Below are positions 57,920-64,000 of a DNA stretch of 64,000 nt, one piece after another. The stretch's first letter is position 1. Each line of letters begins with the position of its first letter. The DNA is from an uncultured Dehalococcoidia bacterium (GTDB lineage Bacteria; Chloroflexota; Dehalococcoidia; Lucifugimonadales; QGNO01). Both the position numbers and the translations under genes were made by a program. Under the pieces are notes generated by a model, which worked only from the letters and a program-made list of their open reading frames with translations, made no database searches and was not told the origin of the DNA. Where the stretch lies: assembly GCA_964493125.1 (NCBI GenBank), contig CAZBMS010000003.1, positions 6,425-70,424 on the forward strand. Reading direction: 5' to 3'.

Positions 57920-58594
57920 CTAGCTGTCTGCCTCAGCGCGATCTGGCCTTATCCGGTATCCCACGTTTCGCACGGTCTCAATTAATGACTCGCCAGTATC
58001 CTCCAGCTTGCTGCGAAGCCGGCGTATGTGAACATCTACAGTTCTAGCCCCCTCATAATAATCATATTTCCAGACATCGCTTAACAAAGCCTCCCTAGTG
58101 AACACTTTTCCTGGGTAGTCAGCTAGCTTGCACAGTAACTGATACTCCTTAAAGGTAAGAACTAAGCGGCGACCTCGATAGAACACTTCATAGCTTGACC
58201 TATCAATTTGCAAGCCTCCCTTTGATTGCCGTGGCGCATGTGCTCCGTTTTTTGGGATCCTCTCAGCCAACATAGACCGAGTAAGCCTAGCTGAAATCTC
58301 ACCGCTACCTGGAGGCAGCATAAAGAAGTCTGCTACCTTCGTTACATCAAAGCGCTCTAGCCCGTTTTTGGGCAGCGCACACATCAAGGGTACTCGCAAT
58401 TTTTCGAGTTTTGCGGCAGTAGCCTCCAAGGGGCCTAGGCCAGACGAGCTGCCGTCCAAAATAATCGCGGAGGCCTCTGTGTCGACACTGTCTGTGTCTG
58501 TTGCAAGGGAGTACGGGACCCCCTCTTCCTCAAGGGCCCGAAGCAACCCATGGTCAACTATGCCAGACAGTGCCAATACGGCTACTTTGAACAA
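57920..58594 (-). CDS. OmpR/PhoB-family winged-helix regulator with a degenerate receiver domain (orphan, GlnR-like context)
   Basis: The C-terminal Trans_reg_C region is present (LTFKEYQLLCKLA...RTVDVHIRRLRSKL...VRNVGYRI). The N-terminal receiver-like fold lacks the acidic DD pair (LALSG) and the conserved Lys (FMLPP), and retains an ILD Asp. No kinase gene is nearby. Confidence 0.8.
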   Translation of the reverse strand: MFKVAVLALSGIVDHGLLRALEEEGVPYSLATDTDSVDTEASAIILDGSSSGLGPLEATAAKLEKLRVPLMCALPKNGLERFDVTKVADFFMLPPGSGEISARLTRSMLAERIPKNGAHAPRQSKGGLQIDRSSYEVFYRGRRLVLTFKEYQLLCKLADYPGKVFTREALLSDVWKYDYYEGARTVDVHIRRLRSKLEDTGESLIETVRNVGYRIRPDRAEADS

Positions 58595-58639
58595 ACCTAC
58601 CCCCGATGTTTTAACGAATCAGATAACCTGTGCCGAGAC

Positions 58640-59137
58640 TCACCTGCTCTCTACAGGTGAAAGGCCTAAGTCATTACATTTATCACATACCGCCTTGGGT
58701 ATCAGCCCCAGGTCCATTAAGCGCGCGAACACGAAGCAGCCCATGCAGAAGCCAAGCGCCGACTCCAGAGCCGCAAAAAAAAGCACAACCCCAAGAATGG
58801 AATATGCTGCTGTTTGTAGCCCAAAAACGTAGTTCAATAACAAGGAAGCGACTGATAGGACCAAGCCTATTGATTGAGCAAATCTTTTCGGCGGTCCTGG
58901 GACAAGCCGCGGTTGGATCCCCATCAGCGGCACCAACACCTTCGTAGCAAGAAGCCCGATTGGGCTGAGCGAAGGCCCAGTCATAACTCTTGCCAAAAAC
59001 CCATAGGCAATGAACCACATCAAGGCCGAAACTTCAAACAAAATAGTCGCTCCAATTAGCACGACCACACATCCAGCAACAGTCCTTGCGGCTACTTCAT
59101 TAACTGGATGCGGAAATGAAAATATCTCCCGTATCAT
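58640..59137 (-). CDS. Small 4-TM membrane protein, DUF4395-like, with C-terminal CxxC
   Basis: Hydrophobic segments plus the FPHPVNEVAAR N-terminus and the CDKC C-terminus. The family assignment is from memory and needs an HMM check. Confidence 0.5.
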   Translation of the reverse strand: MIREIFSFPHPVNEVAARTVAGCVVVLIGATILFEVSALMWFIAYGFLARVMTGPSLSPIGLLATKVLVPLMGIQPRLVPGPPKRFAQSIGLVLSVASLLLNYVFGLQTAAYSILGVVLFFAALESALGFCMGCFVFARLMDLGLIPKAVCDKCNDLGLSPVESR

Positions 59138-59222
59138 GTCTCTCCTCTTTCTCTCGTTCGAGCTTGGTTGCTTCTAAAGTTTCTCTTCTCCTGGAGGCTC
59201 GCTTCCCAGTCTTTACTGCCAA

Positions 59223-60245
59223 TCACCACCAAACCTTGCCAGACACTTCGCTCTCAAGATCCTCATAATCCTTTGTCCAAAGCCCAGCGCTAAGGTATTT
59301 CCACCCAGCGTCTGCCAATAGACAAACAATGTTAGCCTTTTCAAATCTCCGAGCTACTTTCAGCGCTGCGGCAAGCACGGCGCCTGACGAAACCCCAGAA
59401 AACACAGCCTCTTTCCTTAGTAACTCTTTAGTCATGTTGAAGGCATCTCTGCTCTTCACCAATATTCGTGCGTCAAGAAGCGTTTCATCGAGCACTGGGG
59501 GAACGAAACCCTCCTCTAAGCTGCGCAGCCCCTGTATTGCGTCGTCAGGCTCTGGTGCGGCAGCTACTATTCTCGCCTCTTTGTTATGCTCCTTTATGCG
59601 GCGCCCGGCGCCAGTAAGTGTACCTCCTGTTCCTAAGCCAGCAACGAAAACGTCCACATCCGGAAGCTGCTCTACTATCTCAGTCCCTGTACCGTCGTAG
59701 TGCGCTATTGGGTTTGCCTGATTCCCATATTGATACAACAGAACATACCTATCATCTTCCTGGGCCATCTTTTGGGCATACGGAATAGATCCATTGGTTC
59801 CGAGAGCCCCTTCAGAGAAGTGAATCTTAGCGCCATAGGCCTCCAGAAGCTGGATGCGCTCTTTACTAACGCTTTCTGGCATTACAACCTCAAGCTTGTA
59901 ACCCTTCACTGCCGCTATCATCGCGAGTGATATCCCCGTGTTTCCACTGGTGGGCTCTAAAATAATCTTGTCTGCGCCGAGCAGGCCCGTAGCTTCTGCT
60001 TTCTCTACCATCGTCAGAGCGATTCGATCTTTTACGCTTCCAGATGGGTTCGCTCCTTCCAGCTTGGCAAAAAGCCGAACGGTCTTGCTTGGCGACAGTC
60101 GGTTCAGCTCAATTAGCGGGGTTTTTCCTATTGCGCCAATTATGCCTCTCGATTCGGCCAGTTTGTTGCTGCGGTTGTTGCGTCCATGCAGTTTCGCAAC
60201 GTTTGTCTTAGTTTCTATAGCAAGCCCCTCCCGCCTACGTCCCAT
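59223..60245 (-). CDS. cysM: Cysteine synthase, CysM/CysK fold-type II PLP enzyme (resembles the thiocarboxylate-dependent CysM type)
   Basis: PLP lysine motif NPSGSVKDR, TSGNTGISLA and GLGTGGTLTG, with a C-terminal tail ending VWW. The ATG abuts the stop of the upstream E1-like gene (TAGATG). Confidence 0.8.
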   Translation of the reverse strand: MGRRREGLAIETKTNVAKLHGRNNRSNKLAESRGIIGAIGKTPLIELNRLSPSKTVRLFAKLEGANPSGSVKDRIALTMVEKAEATGLLGADKIILEPTSGNTGISLAMIAAVKGYKLEVVMPESVSKERIQLLEAYGAKIHFSEGALGTNGSIPYAQKMAQEDDRYVLLYQYGNQANPIAHYDGTGTEIVEQLPDVDVFVAGLGTGGTLTGAGRRIKEHNKEARIVAAAPEPDDAIQGLRSLEEGFVPPVLDETLLDARILVKSRDAFNMTKELLRKEAVFSGVSSGAVLAAALKVARRFEKANIVCLLADAGWKYLSAGLWTKDYEDLESEVSGKVWW

Positions 60246-61091
60246 CTAATCGGCAGGCGTAGCCTCTCGTAGTTGCGGAATGCCGCAAAACTCTTCGTAG
60301 TCTATCAACTCTGTAACTGAGGGGGCGTCACCACACACTGGACACTCACTGTTTCGTGGCACCTTAACTGTGCGGAAGCTCATCTCAAGGGCGTCAAAAA
60401 GCAAGAGTCGACCTGTTAATGCTTCGCCAAGGTCCAAGATGAGCTTTATGGTCTCGACCGCCTGTATCGATCCCACAATTCCAGGGAGAACACCTAGCAC
60501 TCCAGCCTCTGCACAGCTTGGCACCATGCCCGGTGGCGGTGGGGTAGGATACAAACAGCGATAACATCCTTTTCCTGGGATGAAAGTGGAGGCCTGCCCT
60601 TCAAAAAGGAAAATGCTCCCGTGTACGCAAGGCTTCCCTAGCATCACCGTCGCGTCATTAACCAAATATCTTGTTGGAAAGTTGTCGCTACCATCAATAA
60701 CTATGTCGTATGGCTCCATGACCTCCAGCGCATTGGCAGAGGACAAAGGCTCACGGTGCTTAACCACTTTTACGTCAGGATTCAAGCTAGCAATGGTGTC
60801 CTCAGCAGAGTCGACCTTTGGCCTCCCTACATCCTGGGTTCTATGAAGGAGTTGTCTTTGCAAGTTCGTTAGGTCAACTTCGTCGAAGTCAACAATCCCC
60901 ATTGTTCCAACGCCAGCAGCGGCTAGGTACAGAGCGGCTGGAGACCCTAATCCTCCCGCTCCTATCAAAAGCACTTTGGCTTCGAGCAAACGGCGCTGCC
61001 CCGCTCCACCGACCTGGGGCATTATAATGTGTCTGCTATATCGCTTCGCTTGCTCCGGCGAAAACGGTTTTGCCTCTATTGCTTGGGCCAA
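60246..61091 (-). CDS. ThiF/MoeB/MoeZ-family E1-like adenylyltransferase (no rhodanese domain)
   Basis: GAGGLGSPAALYLAAAGVG dinucleotide fold and two CxxC pairs (CYRC..., CPVCG). TTG start at 61091 is preceded by AAGGAGAGG. Confidence 0.85.
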   Translation of the reverse strand: MAQAIEAKPFSPEQAKRYSRHIIMPQVGGAGQRRLLEAKVLLIGAGGLGSPAALYLAAAGVGTMGIVDFDEVDLTNLQRQLLHRTQDVGRPKVDSAEDTIASLNPDVKVVKHREPLSSANALEVMEPYDIVIDGSDNFPTRYLVNDATVMLGKPCVHGSIFLFEGQASTFIPGKGCYRCLYPTPPPPGMVPSCAEAGVLGVLPGIVGSIQAVETIKLILDLGEALTGRLLLFDALEMSFRTVKVPRNSECPVCGDAPSVTELIDYEEFCGIPQLREATPAD

Positions 61092-61128
61092 CTTATCCTC
61101 TCCTTATTCAACTTCCTTGTCATAAAAG

Positions 61129-61161
61129 CATCTCGCCCCAGGCGCTGCCTGGGGCGAGATG
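61129..61161 (-). terminator. Perfect 15-bp hairpin + CUUUUAU inside the 5' leader of the E1-like/cysM operon (putative attenuator terminator)
   Basis: CATCTCGCCCCAGGC / GCCTGGGGCGAGATG with a 3-nt loop. On the minus strand it is followed by CTTTTATG. It lies between a small ORF and the operon SD. Confidence 0.55.
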
Positions 61162-61198
61162 GCGTTATCTACCTAATTTTGAGATTTCTACTGAGTGC

Positions 61199-61279
61199 TT
61201 AAAACACGCCTTCTTCGCCCCGTATCACGGGGGCTCTACACGTGCAATCCATTTTTTCTATTCTCAATTCTTCAGTCAT
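61199..61279 (-). CDS. Candidate 26-codon leader peptide MTEELRIEKMDCTCRAPVIRGEEGVF
   Basis: ATG...TAA ORF below the ORF-track size cutoff. Its 3' half overlaps segments that can pair alternatively with the downstream terminator. There is no obvious SD, so translation is unproven. Confidence 0.3.
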   Translation of the reverse strand: MTEELRIEKMDCTCRAPVIRGEEGVF

Positions 61280-61354
61280 TTTAGTTCGTTAGCACTATGT
61301 CTATAAAGCTAGTAATCCTAATATATGTCCTGGGCTAAGTCAAATTGACTGCCC

Positions 61355-61384
61355 TTGCTCACACCGTTCCCAAAATGATATACT
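61355..61384 (+). promoter_or_regulatory. Candidate rplY promoter with extended -10 (TTGCTC - N15 - TGATATACT)
   Basis: TTGCTC at 61355-61360 and TGnTATACT at 61376-61384. This would give a ~105-nt leader before the rplY ATG. Confidence 0.4.
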
Positions 61385-61497
61385 TCTGCGCCTGCTGGTA
61401 GATCCTCTCAGTCACTATGGGCTCCGGTAGTATAAGTAAGTTATAATTTTAATGATTTTAAAATTAACTAGGAACCAGGAAGGAGTTATATCAACAG

Positions 61498-62166
61498 ATG
61501 ACCACACAGTCCCTGTCCTTTGAAGCTTCCCCTCGTGAATTAGTCGGGAAAGGCGTGAAAGAGTTGCGTCGCGCTGGAATTATTCCTATCCACGTTTACG
61601 GAAGTGGTCTCGACTCCCTTAACCTGCAAGCGGATGCTGCGTCTGTGAGGAGCATCGTCGCTGAGGCTGGGACTAACATTCCTGTGACTGTATCGGTTAA
61701 AGCCTTGGAGGCTACTCTATTTTCCTTTATCCGCGAGGTACAGCGCCACCCGCTAACCGAAGCTATTTTACATGTAGACTTTCTCCAAGTCCCCCTAACC
61801 CAAACGATGACTACTGACGTCCCAATAACAATAATTGGGGAATCCCCTGCCATGAGGTACATGGGTGGAGTACTCAACCAAGCGCTCCAATCAATTCAGG
61901 TTGAGAGTCTGCCGCTAGACGTTCCGATGTCAGTGGAGGTAGATATTTCCGTTCTTAAAGATTTTGACAGCAGCATTTATGTCTCGGATATCGACCTCGG
62001 CCCGAAGGTTACTGTTCTTAGCGGTCCAGACGAAATGATCGCGCGGGTCAATGCCCCGCGAGTTGCCGTTGAAGAAGAGGTTGTCGCGGGAGAAGTTGGT
62101 GATGAAGATGTGGGTGGTGTCGTCGAGACTGAGTCGGGAGTGGAAGAGCCTACTTCTGAGGCGTAG
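61498..62166 (+). CDS. rplY: 50S ribosomal protein L25 / general stress protein Ctc (long form)
   Basis: The N-terminal L25 domain (RELVGKGVKELRRAGIIPIHVYG) is followed by the Ctc-type C-terminal domain and an acidic tail. SD AGGAAGGAG. Confidence 0.9.
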   Translation: MTTQSLSFEASPRELVGKGVKELRRAGIIPIHVYGSGLDSLNLQADAASVRSIVAEAGTNIPVTVSVKALEATLFSFIREVQRHPLTEAILHVDFLQVPLTQTMTTDVPITIIGESPAMRYMGGVLNQALQSIQVESLPLDVPMSVEVDISVLKDFDSSIYVSDIDLGPKVTVLSGPDEMIARVNAPRVAVEEEVVAGEVGDEDVGGVVETESGVEEPTSEA

Positions 62167-62167
62167 C

Positions 62168-63115
62168 CTACCCTCTGCCAAGCCTAGTGCCCAAGAAGTC
62201 TTGTTGGCCAATGATGAATTTGTCTATCGACAATCTCTTTCTGCCTTGGATCTGAACCTCCTCCAGGCCCAATACCCCGTCTCTGGTTACTACCCCTGCA
62301 CCCATGTTGTTCCCTAGTTTGATTGGGATAACATGCCCTACTTTCGCACTATCCGTGTCAAGCTTTACTGACTTTGCCTTTAATATCTTTAGGTGGCTCC
62401 CCTTCCAGTAGGTGAAGCTCCCTGGCCAGGGATCGAACGCCCGGACATGCCTTTCCAGTTCTCCTGTAGAAAACGACCAGTTCATTTCTCCGTCTGCCGC
62501 TGTGTACAGGCGCGTCGATGAGGCCTCCGCTTCTCTCTGTTGGAGAAGCGCGATCTCCCCTTTCTCTAACAGAGGCAGGGTGTCCGTTAGCAGCTCTGCT
62601 CCTAGCTCAAATAACCTTCTCGTCAGCTCCCCGGCTGTCTCGTCACACAAAACCTTCGTCTTTCTTTGTGCCACTATTGGCCCTGTGTCCATTCCGTCGT
62701 CAAGCCTCATTACGGTTACACCTGTTATCGCATCGCCCTGTAAGACGGTGGTTATCACTGGTGACGGCCCTCTGTATTTGGGCAAAAGAGACGGGTGTAT
62801 ATTGATAGCTCCTAGTGGAGCTATCTCCAATAGCTTGGTTGGTATCTTCCTCCCGAAAGCCGCTACAACTATGGCTGTCGGCCCAAGCAACTCTAGATCT
62901 TCAGCAACGCCGTCAGCGGAGAGACTCTTTGGTTGAAATACTCGTATTCCTTTTGATCCGGCATATGTCTTTGTTGCCGGGCTCATTAGCCTCATTCCCC
63001 TCCCAGCCGGCCTATCTGGTCTAGTGTAGACAGCCAGCACTTCGTGTCCTTTCGAAATTAGACCATCCATTACTGGGATTACCTCCGTCGGAGTCCCCAT
63101 AAACACTACTTTCAT
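62168..63115 (-). CDS. fmt: Methionyl-tRNA formyltransferase
   Basis: MKVVFMGTP..., INIHPSLLPKYRGPSP (SLLP motif), and a C-terminal OB-like domain. Confidence 0.9.
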   Translation of the reverse strand: MKVVFMGTPTEVIPVMDGLISKGHEVLAVYTRPDRPAGRGMRLMSPATKTYAGSKGIRVFQPKSLSADGVAEDLELLGPTAIVVAAFGRKIPTKLLEIAPLGAINIHPSLLPKYRGPSPVITTVLQGDAITGVTVMRLDDGMDTGPIVAQRKTKVLCDETAGELTRRLFELGAELLTDTLPLLEKGEIALLQQREAEASSTRLYTAADGEMNWSFSTGELERHVRAFDPWPGSFTYWKGSHLKILKAKSVKLDTDSAKVGHVIPIKLGNNMGAGVVTRDGVLGLEEVQIQGRKRLSIDKFIIGQQDFLGTRLGRG

Positions 63116-63304
63116 CGTTCTATTCCAATGTTGATTTATTCGTCCAGTCCCTTTTCATTTTTCCCAAGGCTGCAAGAGAAAACATTGACAAATTTTCACT
63201 ATTTCTTTCCTTGATACCCCCAAGCATGGGCAATGATAAATTCTTCTCTGTTCCTTTTTTCTGGGCGGATATTGATTCTATTACTTTAAGGTTGTTTAGT
63301 CTCT

Positions 63305-64000
63305 ATGGAAAGGTCTGTACAAAACTTTTGGGCGGCTGCGCTTGGTCAACTCCAGCTAAAAATTCCTAAGGCAAGCTACGAGACTTGGCTAGTGGACACT
63401 TCGCCCATTTCAATGGACGGCAGCAATTTATGCATTGGTGTTCCTTCAGCTTTCGCTTCAGAGAACCTAGGAAGTCGCCTTCATCAAGTAATCGTAGAGG
63501 TTGTTTCCTCCATAGCGCACAGGCCACTCTCTGTTGAATACAGGGTTATGTCAGCCGAGCACCAGGGAAAGCATCAAACGAGCCAAGGATTCGTTCCAAA
63601 TATTCCGCCTGCTCCCCCTATGGGCGCCGAGCCTGGCACAATCGTTTCAGAAACGATTGTCAGCACGACGAACACTAGTGACGATCGCTACTCATTCGAC
63701 ACCTTCGTTACTGGTGCTTCTAATCACCTAGCCTACGCTGCCGCCAGGGCTGTTGCTGATGGCCCTGCGACAAGATTCAACCCGCTGTTCATCTATTCTG
63801 GCGTAGGCCTTGGCAAAACCCATTTGTTGCAAGCGATCTCCTCGTTCGCTTCTTCGCTCGGGAAAGCTCCCCTCTACATCACAACGGAGCAATTTACCAA
63901 CGCTTTTATAAGATCGATCCGTGAGCGGAAAACAGACGAGTTCAGATCTAAATTCTCCAATGCCGACGTTTTGCTTCTAGATGATGTTCAGTTTCTTTCT
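63305..64000 (+). CDS. dnaA: Chromosomal replication initiator DnaA, N-terminal 232 codons (continues beyond the window)
   Basis: My own translation gives MERSVQNFWAAALGQLQLKIPKASYETWL... (domain I), then a linker, then YSFDTFVTGASNHLAYAAA, Walker A GVGLGKTHLLQAI and Walker B LLLDDVQFL. It has no stop in the window, so it is absent from the ORF track. Confidence 0.9.
   Translation, partial: MERSVQNFWAAALGQLQLKIPKASYETWLVDTSPISMDGSNLCIGVPSAFASENLGSRLHQVIVEVVSSIAHRPLSVEYRVMSAEHQGKHQTSQGFVPNIPPAPPMGAEPGTIVSETIVSTTNTSDDRYSFDTFVTGASNHLAYAAARAVADGPATRFNPLFIYSGVGLGKTHLLQAISSFASSLGKAPLYITTEQFTNAFIRSIRERKTDEFRSKFSNADVLLLDDVQFLS

Noticed and set aside
61070-61306. 78-aa plus-strand ORF spanning the moeB-like start, the 15-bp hairpin and the leader region.
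   Set aside because: It runs antisense through the SD and start of a solid gene and through a terminator hairpin, and it has no homology features. It is a shadow ORF.
63116-63304. Calling the fmt-dnaA spacer oriC.
   Set aside because: It is AT-rich, but I could not find a cluster of TTATCCACA-like DnaA boxes by eye; there is only one weak GCGGATAT. Position alone is not enough to annotate an origin.
1-64000. Search for mobile elements, CRISPR arrays, tRNA/rRNA genes, toxin-antitoxin pairs and defence-system genes.
   Set aside because: I saw no direct-repeat arrays, no transposase, integrase or recombinase-like ORFs, no cloverleaf-like sequences in the intergenic gaps, and no nuclease, ATPase or methylase combinations typical of defence islands. 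This is a manual scan, so tRNAscan, Infernal and a repeat finder should confirm it.

Overview
This is a dense, origin-proximal stretch of a bacterial chromosome with about 54 protein-coding genes. By eye I found no rRNA, tRNA, CRISPR array, transposase, integrase or phage genes. The window starts inside recN and ends inside dnaA. The dnaA ORF is missing from the supplied ORF track because it runs off the end without a stop codon.

The content is overwhelmingly core:
- Recombination and repair: recN, pcrA, ruvB, uvrB, yebC-ruvC-ruvA, recA-recX, a family-4 UDG.
- Translation and RNA: tilS, rsmG, rimI, rpmF, nusB, RNase J, rplY, fmt.
- Division: ftsK.
- Central metabolism: sucAB, nadE, fabD/acpP.
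- Fe-S assembly: a SufT-like protein plus Mrp/ApbC.
- Nitrogen assimilation: an atypical OmpR-family regulator, glnII and glnA-gltB-gltD in one compact block.

A few modules look more accessory:
- A split sulfopyruvate-decarboxylase-like comDE pair behind a UPF0104 membrane protein.
- hyuAB plus a methyltransferase wedged between ruvA and uvrB.
- An E1-like adenylyltransferase, CysM and a DUF4395-like membrane protein.

The Gram-positive-type LexA box, RNase J, PcrA, a YqeK-like HD protein and GSII hint at a Terrabacteria-type lineage. Taxonomy cannot be assigned from this sequence alone.

I did not find a convincing novel multi-gene system; there is no defence-island-like, BGC-like or mobile module. 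The most unusual things I can support are:
1. A 26-codon Cys-containing leader ORF with trp-attenuator-like alternative hairpins in front of the E1-like/cysM operon.
2. A ruvC whose catalytic N-terminal Asp is encoded only if translation starts at an ATT codon.
3. A corrected recA start, with an SOS box inside the recA promoter.
4. A consensus promoter followed by a ~350-nt leader of unknown function before rpmF.
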